Assembly (NCBI RefSeq): GCF_964204865.1
Contig: NC_135258.1
Span: forward strand, 10,044,001-10,108,000
DNA length: 64,000 nt
Direction: 5' to 3'
Origin: Styela clava
Lineage: Eukaryota
In this document: positions 51,601 through 64,000 of the stretch, piece after piece
Layout: the number at the start of each line of letters is the position of its first letter
Position numbering within the stretch: the stretch's first letter is position 1
Program-made: the position numbers and the translations under genes
The notes under the pieces: model-generated
What the model saw: the letters and a program-made list of their open reading frames with translations, nothing else
Told to the model about the DNA's origin: nothing
The model's database searches: none

Positions 51601-54600
51601 ATGGTTTTCTCACGACGTAATTTTTTAATCTCCAGTTTCAAAATTCTGATATCCTCAAGTCGTTGACGATATTGAATTTCTCCCTTGTTAAGAGTCGATT
51701 GTTGTATCTTGATTTTTTCGTAGAGAAGTGCTAACTCATCATTACGACGTACAAGTTGGGTTCCGAGAATGTCTCTTTCACTGATGACCTGTCCATCAAG
51801 AGAAACAAAAAAATGATGTTTATAAAGAATAATTCGATTTATTTTGGAGCATAATATATATTTGAATATAAATTAACTGAATAATCTTCAGCTAATTTGC
51901 ATATTTTTACCAATAAATTCAATTTCACCATTATTATAAACCAATAAGCTATGAATAATACAATTTCTAGAAGTGATATCATCTTTTGTGCAATTATAAC
52001 ATTTATTGAGTTTACTATATATACCAATATATATGCTAGACAGATCACCAAATACAAATATATACATCCATACAGAAACAAATCATTAGGTCAGCTTAAA
52101 CATAAAAATAAAATCCGATCACTATCTATTACAAATGTCTAATGGATAATAAAATAATAGGCATTCTCAATTTTCAATTTCTGAATCATTCATTATTCAT
52201 TCTGGACGCCCAGAAATAGACCAAACGGATAGACATTTTCTCAAATCATAACATAAAATCAACTGTTAGGAAAGGCATTTATATCAGAGGTGTGCAACCT
52301 GCGGCCCGTGGGCCAAATGCCGCCCACAAGGAAAAATTGTAAGGCCCTCGGTGAGATGCCAATTTTATATGGTGTGTGGCTCGCGAAACGAGTTTTCAAT
52401 TGAGTTTTATCTGGTACGTGCAATTAACTACAATCCCTTTGCGTTGCAAAGCCTCTACCTGAGTCCAATTTATTATCTATGCCTATGATGTTACAATGCC
52501 GTAACAGCTAGCTCGTGCAAAGTGAACAACGCATGTCATAAGATCAATAACCAAAATTTTTGAGTCTGCAACTACTAGAAAGCCTATGTTACCGTAAAAA
52601 AAGGTGCGGCCTGCAGTTTCACCCAGTTATTTGTATCTGGCCCTCTTGTATGTATTAAAGGTTGCACACCCCTGATTAAACATAATGAGCAATATCATTT
52701 AGACATGAGGTATTGATCTCTGGGTAATACAATACCCAGTAAAAACAGGATTATTATTTGGTTACCCTAAACAATTATACTGATCTGATTGCACCTATAT
52801 GGAGATAGAGAAAATTGTGTACCTGATCCAACTCTTTCATTTGTCTTTTTCTTTCTGCATCAGCTTCTCTGATGACTTGTTGTAGTTTAGCAACTTCTTT
52901 TTCCATTTGCTCAAGCTGAGTTTTGCTTTCCGCAGCTTGTTGTTTCATTCTCTGGAGCTCAGCCTGAGAAAGAATAATTAATATCATTGCTGTCATCTTA
53001 GTTCTGGTCATTCTGAGAAACCTTTGACTGGCCAGATATGATCTAATCAAGAAAGTGGCTCCAGTGACATTACATACATATGCCATACTTGACTTAATAT
53101 AATGGGATAAATTCTCCTTCGAATGTGATTTACTTGGGGGCCTGGAGATTATATGAAAATTATTGCTTCACAATTTCATATATTTTATTACCCTAAACTG
53201 CTTGTCTGAAAAAATCTGACTTTAGTCAGACAAAACGTTTAAAAAATAATGGTTGTAAACTATTTGTCGGATGACTTCACTCACATGAGATGCTACAAAA
53301 TATATTTAGAGAACGTGTATGTAAGACTCTTGAACTATTCATTACAGCCATTCTGATTCTTGTGAACAGTGCATACATATGCACTAACACAACAGGAAAA
53401 GGAGGAGCAGCTAGGCTCACACTACTATAATCAATCATACAAAAAAGTTTAATTTTCAAATTTTCACGATCAATGAGCATCAGTTGTTTGCATTGATCAA
53501 CTTGATCACAAAAATTCGTTCTGATTCTTTTTTTATCTGTCCACTCAAATGAAAACTCATGTGTTTTGATGTGCAACCTAACCTTGAGAGATTCTTTTTC
53601 TTTCTCCACTCTGGCATGATCAAGATTAACTTTAACGAGAGCCGCTTCTTTTGTTGTAATTTCTTCTTTCAACTGATCGATTTGATGATTCATAATCTTT
53701 AGTTTCCTTTTCATTTCTGTGATTTCATCCTGTAAAAAAGTGAGAAAAAAAAACACCTGTTTATTTTAATAAAACTAATCGGAAGGTCTAAAGCAGTAGT
53801 TTCAATCATTAGGCTTCGGACAAATACAGACTTATACAGTTTTATCCCATTTCTTGCATTTTGACTCCCTGAATTTAAAAATAGAGCAATTTTTAACACA
53901 GTTATGTTGACTAAATTAGGGATTGCCAAACTTTTCAAATTCAGGACATATTTGCTCTCTGTAATACAAATGTGGCACATGGAAAATAAATTTCTCTTTA
54001 ATAACATCAAATTACGACAAAGAAAAGTTTCACAATACACTGAACTTCACCATGGTACAGAAAATGTCAACGGACAGGCACACACGCACGGCAAAAATTC
54101 ATAAAAGTTACCAAAACCTCAAATGAGGTTTATTGAACAGACAAAATAAAAGTGGTACGAGGGCAATTTCATCCTGGGATTTAGTATATAAGTGACAAAA
54201 TTAGATTCGAAAGCATTGTTAACAAATGAATATAAGATAAAAAAAAAACTATGATATTAGATGTAATCAAATTTATCTGCCTGATTTACTGATAACTTGA
54301 TATCTTTCGATAAGAATAAATTTATATATAGCTCCAAGCTTGACCATGGTTGCTTGAAACTTTCTATCGAAGGAATGGAACCTCGCGTTGAAACTTTTTC
54401 AAAATATCATAACATGGCATCTCCTAAACACAGTCATTTCTCTATCTGTATGAACCTTTGGGAGTCCATTTTGAATAGAATTTAGTATGAAGTTTATACT
54501 ACAGAATGTCTATAAACTCCTTTTACAATTTCAATTTTGTTATGAAGTCAGTTCTCAATATATTTTAACCAGGTTTGTCGTTTTTATATCAGTAGTAGTT

Positions 54601-57600
54601 TTAAGTATTTTCACTTCATTTAATATATCTGTTAGGGCCAAAACAATATACGGTATCGATAAATTTCATTTGCAATTTTTAAAATTTTCCAAGACTTTAG
54701 GATAAATATTAGCAAGGATTAATGAATATATTACCTGTGCTTCAATTAGATTCTTGCTGTAGAGATTACGATCCGATCGAACAGCCTCATACAGATTCTG
54801 TTGTTGTTTTAATTTTGTTTCAGCTTCAGCAATTTTCTTTTTATAATCGAAAATCTGCATTTCCCGTACTTTTACATCTTCCATGTGTTGTAAAACCTGT
54901 ATTATAATACATTATAAATATAATTCTGCCTAAGATCAAGTAAAAAGGATTTTCCTATTTATTTCATGAGAGAGGAAATCTGATGAGGTGACCTAACCAT
55001 GGTCTTTCGCCAGACCATATTATGTATGGAAAGAGTTAACTGGTACAATAAAAATGAGTTGCACCATTCATCCAAGGCTGGAGGGTGGTTTGAAATCGCA
55101 TGGCTTCGTTTCCAGCTTATGAGACTCTGTATATTCGAACATCAGCTCCGAAACTTCATTCATTACCTATACATGACTCTTTGGGTATTGATGTTTTGAT
55201 ATGGCCATTGGCCACTATCTTGAAACACTAGTAGAACTCAAAACCATGATTTAAGGGTTTCAAATTTTAACTAAATTTTTGATTATAGAAATTTAAGCCT
55301 AAATTTTGAATTAGAAACTAAATAAAATATTGAAAAAAAGCTGAAAAAGAATAGATTTGATAAAAAAGATTTGATAAAGAATTTTCCTCAATATTAACTT
55401 AAACATAAATACCTTTTGTGTGAGATCAGAAGCTTCGTTGATATATCTGTCTCTTTCTTTTTCAAGTTGATAGATAATTTTTCTTTGTTTTTGAGCTTCA
55501 TCCTTGTAATTTTGTATTTCCTGTTCCAAATTCTTTTTACTTTGTTCATGAAGACGAACCAAATTCATTTGTTTTTGTGTAGCATGTGATGACTGTCAAA
55601 GATTAAAAACACTAACATAAGCAAGATATTTATAATATTTTATTTTATTCTTTCGCTTCAAACAAGGGTCTGAACCAGCATGCTTTGTAGATAAGGAGGC
55701 GCTCCAGAAGTGTGCGTAACCAATATGGAGGTAATTAATTTTGTTCGCCTACTTTACATCAAGTTGAATAAAGAGACTGAAACCTATGGGCAAGGGGTAT
55801 ATTCACTTAGCTAACACAGACAGTCCCCGAACTCTTAAATAGAACTAAAAAAGGAAAAATCGAAATAAAATGATGGCTTAACCCTAACCTGGTACATACA
55901 CTACGGAAGTACCCTTCCTGATTCGGCATTGTCTACCCAATTTTTTGCATCCTGGGTAAGGTGGCGAAGATGACATTTGAACCCAATATATCGACCTGCG
56001 ATGCCTTCATAGTCAATTTCGTGGATGTTTAGTAAGTAATTATAACAGTACAGATTATTAAAATATTTGGGTTATAGTCAAAATAAGTTCACCATCATGA
56101 CTATTGCATAGTCAATGTTTGTAGTGAATGAATTTATTTTTTATACTAAACCAGTAACAGCGCTATAGGTGTCGCTGCTTGAAGGCCCAACCAGGTCCCT
56201 CGCGACTCCTGTCGCACAATAACTGATACTAGTCCATTTTTTTCTGTACAAATCTTTGTGCATTTGCATTTTGTGACAACAAATAAACGATTGGCTGACT
56301 GACTGATCAATGATCCTGCATTGGAATTGTTTTAATAAGTAATTCATCATCAAGTTTGCTAAATAATGCTATTTTATTTTTTCAATTTTCCTTACATGAT
56401 ATTAGAAAATGAATTTTATTTACCTTGAGTAAATTCTTGTTTAGAATATCTCTTTCTCTCACTAGTTCATCAGCTTGCTTTTTGTCAATCTCTGCCTGTT
56501 TTTTCATCACATCAAGCTCTAAAATGAAATAGAAAAAAATTGTTAACCTTATTATTAGGGTTTATGAAAAAGTCAAAATGTTATTTAAAATGTGAAAAGC
56601 AATATTTTGAACTAGTATTAACTAAACATATGATTAAAATTGCTGTTGCTATTTTATTTCAATCATCCATTTTGTATGCATGACTTTATAGGGTGAAATC
56701 CTGTGTTACCATGTGGCATGGTATTGCTTCTAATAGAATTCATTTAGCGTGGCAATTGACGAATCGCGCTAAGCGACAGGAACCATGTGAGGTTTGAGGT
56801 TCTACCATCTACGATCCTGACTACACTCCTTACCACTGTGCATGATACTGATGGTCAGTTTCTGTTCCCCCCACCATTGTGATTCATTCATGTAGATCAA
56901 GTACATGGTTAACTCATCGCATACCCACCATGGACCAGTAACCAGACGATAGCCGAGTCTGGCTTGTCATATGATTTAGAATTTTTTTTGCCTTTCCTCT
57001 CTCTCGTGATATCCTGTATGTACCATCTTCAATGGCTTGGTTTATCAAGAAGAATATTAAATACCAATCTATTTTGACCTATCTCATAATCTTGAAATTT
57101 TACCTCTTTCCAAGCCACCAATTTGACTTTTAAGTGTATCTCTTTGTCCTTCCACTTCCGATTTACTTTCTTCAACTAACTGTAATTTTCTCTGAATATT
57201 TTCTCTCATTTTATTTAGTCTTGTTGTATCTTGACGCATCTGGTTTATTTCATCTTCGCGAGCCTGTTGGATTAGAAAATTTGATAATTTTATTTTGTTC
57301 ATATCAATATGCACACATTGTCTTATTTCATCATTATATTATTGTCCAACATTTCTATTTGAACTTGGATATTCCAAAAGATTTTAGTTTTATTTTTCAT
57401 TACAATATAAGAAATAAAAGACATCAATCATAATACTAATGTTGCGGTATTCCAATATTTGTATGTGATAGCCAGAAGTTTACGAAAGACAAATTTTGAA
57501 CTTAATCCTTAGTTTTCCATTCAATCCATTGGCTGGAAACCATTCAATTGTTCAATTTAACACCCAGAGTATAAAAAATTAGGTGGAGGTTGCTTATCAG

Positions 57601-60600
57601 AAACCCATAGAAGCACCCTGTATCTAAGCATAATACAAATCCACTACGGCTTTTCTTTCAAATTTTAGATGTAAATACAATTCTATGAAAAAGCATTTTA
57701 CAATTTATTTATATGAGACAAATTTAAGCCTGCCATGGCTTGTTAGGAGAGAGAATTATGAGACATTATTATGACCCTTACTTTAAGATCAGCTGCTTTA
57801 GTTTGATTATCGCTTGCCAGAGCATCCGCATTATCAATTTGATTTTGATAATCTTGTTGTAGTTTAGTAAGTCTAGCATTCAGAAGGTCAGTGTCCCGAA
57901 CAGCTTTCTCATGAAGAATCTGGTGAAATTAAAGGCAATTTTTCACTAATAACCTTCACCTTATTCAAAAAATAATTTAAACTTTTCTTCACTCAAGTTG
58001 ATAGAAAAATAACGGAATAAGATACCAGAAAGCATTTGAGCAATGATTGGCCGTAACAAGATGGTAGAAAAAATTAATACAATTATGAATTTATTGTAGG
58101 CTATATTTATAATGTATTACAATTTATATACAATTTGGCATAAAAGCCACGATTTATATCAATTTTTTAATGTTTATTAGGCAAGTGGTACAAGTCATAT
58201 CTAATATATAGCCTATAATTAAATTAGTATGTCCTTTACCAATTTATTAAATTATGCATAAAATGATAAAATGATAAAACTATGACATAAAGGTAACAAG
58301 CTTTTTCTTTTTTCTCTTTGAAATGAAATACTGTAGATGTTGAACAAACTCATACTCTCTGTTCCTTGAGTTGTTGTTCCAGTCTAACATTGTCATCTTT
58401 ACTTCGTTGTAACTGAGTCGTTGCTGCTTTATTTTCTGACGTTTTATTATCAAGATCATTTTTTAATCCTTTCACATCTCGTTCCATTTTTTCTTTTTTT
58501 CTTGTTTCCCTTTGGACTTCATTTTGCTTCATTTGGATGTCTTGTTGAAGCTAAAATTATCGAAAGTGAATTAATATTTATATTATGTCAATATTTTTCA
58601 AAATTAAAATGAATTACACTATTTTAGAGATTTACATTTTGTGTATCAATGCCTCAAGGAACGCAAACTTATATAGTGTTGTGTTATTGAACCTTTTTGT
58701 ATGTAAAATTTCAGTTGGGATTTTTACATACATTCCTTTGAGGAATGAAATTTCATCTCTGGTAATAGCTACCGTAATCAGTTCGATGTCAAGAACATAC
58801 ATGGTGAGAAACCATTACAAGCTAGCAGTTATATAATTATCTCCATCTTCAATCTCCTTGCAGAATATTCATTACCGTAATATTTACTTTGTGATACAGA
58901 ATATGTATGCAGTGAATGCAGTGCAAAACTATTAGTTTCTGTTTTAAGTTCTTGAAACTGCTTATTTTCAATAATTGAAGACTGTTTCTGGATAATTTTA
59001 ATGCTTTGCAAAAATCAAACCTCTGCAATTTTCATTTCGGCAGCTTCCTTGTCAGATTCTGCTTTCTGTTGAACAGCCGCAGCAGCAGCAAGTTGTTCCC
59101 TAGCTTTGACAATCTCGGACAAGAGATCATCTCGTTCTCGAGTTAAATCTTCTTTTGCCTTCAGAAGTTCGTTTACACTGTTAAAAAGTGTGCAATAGAT
59201 AAATCATAAAAAAATAAAGTTTGTTACTTGGTTTGTAGTAAACAAATCACCGTCTGTAGCCTGTACTATAAATATGTTTCAGAATATAGACGATATCCAA
59301 AATACAGAGAGCAAAAAATTACTCGAATATGAAACTAACACTAAGACACGGGTTATCACGGACTGGGGGTAACTTTACTCCTTGGGTAAATTTGACCTTC
59401 AGTGGGTCCTAGGGGTGAATTTGGCAGGTAAGATAACCATGAGTAAATAACCATATAGCCGATTGCAAAATCTGCTGTTGCACAATAAATAACACTGTGC
59501 TTTCGCTGCAAAGAAGCTATTTAGTATAGATTCACTTTTCATAATTCACTTACAGTACATTGAAAAAAAAGTGAAAAAGATAAGACGTACACAGAAAATG
59601 TACTGTGTCAACTTGGAAAATTGTCATGAGGTGAACAATGAAATAGAGGTCTAGGCTCTTCAAAATGAGATGTTCACAGCATAAAACTTCATTGAAGTCA
59701 GACAGGTTTCGGCTCAGCAGTGTGACGCATCATGCCAAGCGTTAGGAATACGCTCGCCACCGCAATTCTGATTACCCTGCATGGGTTAGCAAGTTCGAAT
59801 CCCATGCGAGGATGGGTGTGTGCAAGAGGATTAAGCTGTGTTATCGATTTTCCTTTCCCCATGAGATAAATATGTAAATCCTATCCTATCATAAGTTTAC
59901 CTGTGTTCCTGGCCCATAGATAATCCAGCTCCCTGTTCAACTAGTTTAGTCAAGTTTGCAATTTCAAGTTTTAGACTTTGTATAGTTTCTCGTGTTCTCG
60001 TCTCCTTCTCTGTAGCAGAGTCAACCATCCTCCAAGCTTTTTCCAACTCAGTTTTAAGTTGTTGTATTGTGGCCTAAAGGTAATTATCATAAACCAGATA
60101 TTTTACATAATCAGGACATGCTGAGCATTTGAGCCCAGGTAAAAATGACTGACATTATAAACTATGTCCATAAGGATATATCCAGATTTATAATTGTCAC
60201 TGATTTGTATAAATTTTGAAAATTTGCAAAAGTTCATGCCCAGCAAGCTGGAGGGTCAAAAAATAAAAAATTTATTCTTATGTGTACTCATTATGCCCTG
60301 CAGTTTCTCAAACCTAGTTAAGACAAACTTGCTTGACACGTTGGAGATTTATCTTTTCATAAAAAACTGACAAATGAAAGATTACAACAATGGTGGAAAA
60401 GACAACTCCTCTATTCCTCAGCAATAATCTTGTTCCTTATTGAAATCTTTTTTTCTAATGAATCCTATACCAGTTCCTAAATATGAATTAATCAAGTATA
60501 CCTGATCATCTTGAGACAGCTTGAGTGCCTGAGAAACTTTTGATGAATTTGCAACAATTTCTGCATTTAATTCACGACATTTTCCCATTAATCGCTTTTC

Positions 60601-61263
60601 ACTTTCATGAGATTTCATCAAGGCTTTATGTAGTTTTTCATATTCGATGCGAAATCTAAAAAAAAGGTTATTGATCAAATATTACTACAAAATAATAATG
60701 AATAATTAAATTCCACAGTATTATGTAACAGGTTTCATATGCTTAATAATTAAATTTGAACTCATGCAAACATATGAGAAAATGGTATGTAACTCCACAG
60801 ATAGGGCGGTTCAAGTTATGAGTTTGATTTTTTATTACGTTGGAAGTTGTTTAAAAATAATAATATATAAATGCCCGTGGATTTAATTACTGAATTAGGG
60901 TTGGGATTGTATCAGCGCTGACTGCGGTACTGGTTATCAGTAAAATTCATGGGCGTAAAGTCTGTAAGGTAAAATATCTGCTTATTATGTTCATATAAGA
61001 GTACATTAAAATAGTTTTTTATTCCAGATTTTTGCTGTTACAGTGTTGAGTATCAATGGGTGATAAAGCTTGTCACAAGGCAACAAAGTCAAAACATTAT
61101 CCCGGAAATCATTAGTCTATATACCAGTAAAATAAAATCGCCTTTTCACTTACTTTTCCAGGGTTTTATCTCCCATTAACTCTCCCAAAACTTCCTGGAA
61201 GTCTTTTTCCAATGCCTGAAATGCATCTTCTTCGAATGCTGCTTTATCAGCAGTTGCCGCCAT
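48661..61263 (-). CDS. CFAP58: Cilia- and flagella-associated protein 58 (CCDC147), ~17 exons
   Basis: N-terminus MAATADKAAFEEDAFQALEKDFQEVLGELMGDKTLEK|FRIEYEKLHKALMKSHESEKRLMGKCRELNAEIVANSSKV. Internal segments IFDYKKKIAEAETKLKQQQNLYEAVRSDRNLYSKNLIEAQ, ERDILGTQLVRRNDELALLYEKIKIQ and ALEEELENPMNIHRWRKLEGSDP, and C-terminus RFAGGGF, are all characteristic of CFAP58. ATG at 61263, TAA at 48661-48663. Confidence 0.95.
49428..49742 (-). mobile_element. tRNA-headed SINE, near full length
   Basis: The minus strand has a tRNA-like head with a B-box-like GGATCGAATCC and a 3' tail GGGATAAATATATCCTATCCCATCCTA. Confidence 0.72.
52285..52674. mobile_element. hAT MITE (~390 bp) in a CFAP58 intron
   Basis: TIRs CAGAGGTGTGCAACCT / AGGTTGCACACCCCTG with GGCCC subterminal motifs; the TSD is decayed. 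Confidence 0.8.
55697..55914 (-). mobile_element. Harbinger-like MITE, inverted relative to 8416-8622
   Basis: Reverse-complement homology to 8416-8622 along its length. Confidence 0.6.
56061..56220 (+). repeat. ~160-bp dispersed repeat, second copy at ~62092-62250
   Basis: Shared GTTCACCATCATGACTATTGCATAGTCAATG...CTAAACCAGTAACA...ATAGGTGTCGCTGCTTGAAG...TGTCGCA. Confidence 0.85.
59710..59890 (+). mobile_element. SINE copy with internal deletion
   Basis: B-box-like GTTCGAATCCC (~59793) and tail GATAAATATGTAAATCCTATCCTATC. Confidence 0.7.
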
Positions 61264-61426
61264 TTTATTGGACTAGGTTGTGAATCTAACTGTACTTCTA
61301 CCTGTTTACATAGTCTAAACAGTAAACTGAATTTTATTTTATTCCTTATTCGCACAATAATAAAAGTTACAAAAATTCGCAGACTGTGGTGACAAAGCCA
61401 GTGAGGGAAAGTTCGACATAACAAAC

Positions 61427-61440
61427 GTATCCATGGAAAC
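61427..61440. promoter_or_regulatory. RFX X-box upstream of CFAP58
   Basis: GTATCCATGGAAAC matches the X-box consensus GTHNYYATRRNAAC and lies ~165 bp upstream of the ATG of an axonemal gene. A forkhead-type TGTTTAC sits at 61303-61309. Confidence 0.75.
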
Positions 61441-62639
61441 TATCGACCTACAGCGCCACGTGTGGCTGATAAATTAGGAAAACTAATATTTTTGCTAAAA
61501 TTGAGGTTTTCCTAATCACCTATTTTGTTGATTATATTAGCAAAAATACCGATCGCCAATAAGCCCACAGTGACGTAGAAATATATTATGACCTTTAAGC
61601 GTGTTTATAAATAAGCACTCGTTTTCGTGATTTTTACAGTCATCTGTTAGGTTTTATTCATATTTCCCGATGACTTAGAGTTTAGACGCCTTTTTCTCCG
61701 CAGAAGTTATTTGGTGATTTTAAGATTTCAATAGTAGCTGCCTGAACATTTTGAAACGAAAAGATAAGTTACGTTTTCAGATGTAAAACAGGATGTCTCC
61801 CAAAAATACTCTCAAAATTGGCAACACAAATTTTCCATTGATGACGTATAGGAGGAATTTTCAAAGGGCTAAGTGTTGAGAGGAATCCATCGCATATAAA
61901 CGTTATATGATTTTTTGAATAGTCTTTGTTGCGAGTTTTTTTTTGAAAATTTTTTTTCCAAACTTCTCTCCCTCTAAATTTTATTTACACAATTTTTCAA
62001 AATTGCTTATGTCGTCAATTCCTCTCGATTTGTCTCTTTTACTAATTTTATTATATATGTTAGAAAAGTTGCGATCGCTCTTGAGTTTCCAAAAATATTG
62101 GGGTTGTAGTCAAATATGTTCACCATCATGACTATTGCATAGTCAATGTCTGTAGCGAAAGCAATTATTTTTTTACACTAAACCAGTAACAACAGATAGG
62201 TGTCGCTGCTTGAAGACCTAACCAGGCCACTCGCGACCACTGTCGCATAATTACGTTACATTCATTAATTAAAAAGTAAAAATTGCAATAAAAATATTTT
62301 TCTCATTCCATATCAGTTGATTCCCAAAAGTCAAAGCTCTGTGAATATTTTATCTTCATCGTCGTCAACTCTGAAACCTCCGTTAGTATGTTCTTCCTTT
62401 GTTGCCTAAAATGATGTCCGGTTATCACAATCCTCATAACTCTCATTTGTTGAGATGTGGCTTGGGTTTTTATACGTTCCGAAAAACAGTACTTTTTGTC
62501 CGATATCTTCAATCCACACGCTTAAATGCGCTATAGTGCCAGCACGCGAATGGAAATCAGAAAATTATGTCGTGCTCACGTTATCGGACTGGTCTTTATC
62601 TTCATTGGCTTCATAAAGACCGTTGTGTCCATCGCTCTA

Positions 62640-64000
62640 ATCAATTCCAAATCTTAAAAACCTCCTCAGTTTTTCTTGGAAGCAACTTATTAAAGAGCCA
62701 AATATCAAAAAATGGCCTCTCCATCCACCTAAAAAGGCATGCTTTATAATGAAAACTACGACCGGAAGAAATAGCCTGTCCAGCGATTCCATCGGCGTAT
62801 GTTAATTTGAATAATGTCTCAAAATTATAATTCAGTATTATATTCAATATATCAAAAGTTCACCAAGCCAATGTAAACAGAATCACCAAATGACCATTTT
62901 ACGTGCGTTTAGAACCAATGACATTTTGTACCTATGCATAATTACTTTCCTCTTACCGCAATTAGACAGGAGACATCCCAAACTTACAGGACAAGGCATT
63001 AGAGTCACATTTAAACCATTCACCACAATCTCTACCCGTGATTAGCACTAAGTAATTTATCAAATAAATTTTTAAATATCTATAATGTTTACTTATAGCA
63101 TCTAACTAAGCGGTTAATAAACTGATAATACTTCTGAAAATGATGCAACTTAGAAGTCCAACTGGGCCGATGTATCATAATGAAATAGAGTAAAAGGAAA
63201 AAGCATCTTCATATGCAACATCGTTTTCTGTTTGTTTAATTTCTTCTGTACTTGTTGTAAGCATCGAAGTACTCATATTTGATTGAAATGTGTCATTGCA
63301 AGTGTTATTACGATACTTAGTGGAAAGCGGTGAAAGACGAATAAACTCGTTTGAAAACGGGACAGTTTGCATTCCAATAAATAGCCAAGTGGAATATGCA
63401 AGTCCACAAACTATTCCGCCTGTAGCACCCTGAAACGGGAATTAAAAATTGAATGAGAGCTGCCTAACTAACAAATAGCCAATCGTCAAGCATATAAAAG
63501 TTAAACTGACATTTCCCCATGTCCAATCTTGTGAAAATATCAATTGAACGTCATCTGCCAATTTGAGTCTAGCTAATACAATTCCGTGGGCAAAGGATCA
63601 CACAAATCTACTAGGACACTATGAGCCATTTTACCCATCCATCTATCTATATCTCCTTTCGAGTCATCTTCCGTAAGCCAAGTTGAAATCTTGGATTGTT
63701 GTAAAAAAATCGAATTTTCATAAACCACAAATTTTCATAAACTCACAAATGTTCAGTAAAGATTGACTCGAGAGACAAACCTGTTTTTTTTTTCTAACCT
63801 ATTTAGAATTGTAAAAATATATAAGTTGGAATTGCGATCCAATATATAAAATATTGAAATAAAACTCACTTTCCAGTTTGCAAATGGAATCTGCATTTTT
63901 AAAGTGAATAAGCCCAAAATAGGACCAATCGTGATGGCTAGTAAACTTAAAATTACTTCAAAGAGTTCGGTTACAGAATAGCAATTCTGTAGTTGTTGTC
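62640..64000 (-). pseudogene. SLC5-family (SLC5A8/SMCT/NIS-like) sodium:solute symporter, 3' part, disrupted
   Basis: LLAITIGPILGLFTLKMQIPFANWK|GATGGIVCGLAYSTWLFIG (exons ending 63870 and starting 63429), then FSFYSISL*YIGPVGLLSCII with an in-frame TGA at 63175-63177. The downstream PFFDIWLFNKLLPRK/LRRFLRFGI needs a frameshift (~62675). Confidence 0.68.

Noticed and set aside
63175-63177. In-frame TGA in SLC5 as selenocysteine or readthrough
   Set aside because: Other lesions nearby and no recognisable SECIS; ordinary decay is simpler.
1276-63372. Most 60-100 aa ORFs in the supplied track, many with TTG/GTG starts
   Set aside because: They are exon fragments running into introns, antisense shadows of real exons (e.g. 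34505-35083, 47828-48052) or chance ORFs in AT-rich DNA. The window is spliced eukaryotic sequence.
1-64000. CRISPR arrays, rRNA or bona fide tRNA genes
   Set aside because: None seen; the tRNA-like B-boxes belong to SINE heads.

Overview
AT-rich, intron-rich animal genomic DNA with GT-AG introns. It is most likely an ascidian/tunicate, which is an inference from gene content and intron style. From left to right the window holds: (1) the 3' part of an EGF-repeat + zona pellucida (ZP) + furin site + transmembrane gene resembling ascidian vitelline-coat proteins (+, <1-3726); (2) a complete ABCG2-like half transporter (+, ~5775-11959); (3) a ~33.5-kb tandem array of nine co-oriented, tail-anchored P-loop sulfotransferase-like genes built on one 4-exon plan (Sulfotransfer_4/PF17784-like; 14628-48083), of which four are intact, one has lost its ATG and four are disrupted; (4) a complete CFAP58 gene (-, 48661-61263) with an RFX X-box upstream; and (5) a decayed SLC5 transporter fragment (-, ~62640->64000). 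The array is full of hAT, Sola1-like, TcMar-like and SINE insertions. It also carries a nested antisense C2H2 zinc-finger pseudogene, a ~100-bp-arm intronic hairpin, and a duplicated, still-open copy of the CFAP58 terminal exon. The best candidate for an undescribed system is the ABCG2 + sulfotransferase-array cluster, a possible sulfate-conjugation/export locus. That function is inferred, not shown. Exon coordinates were read by eye and may be off by a few bases.
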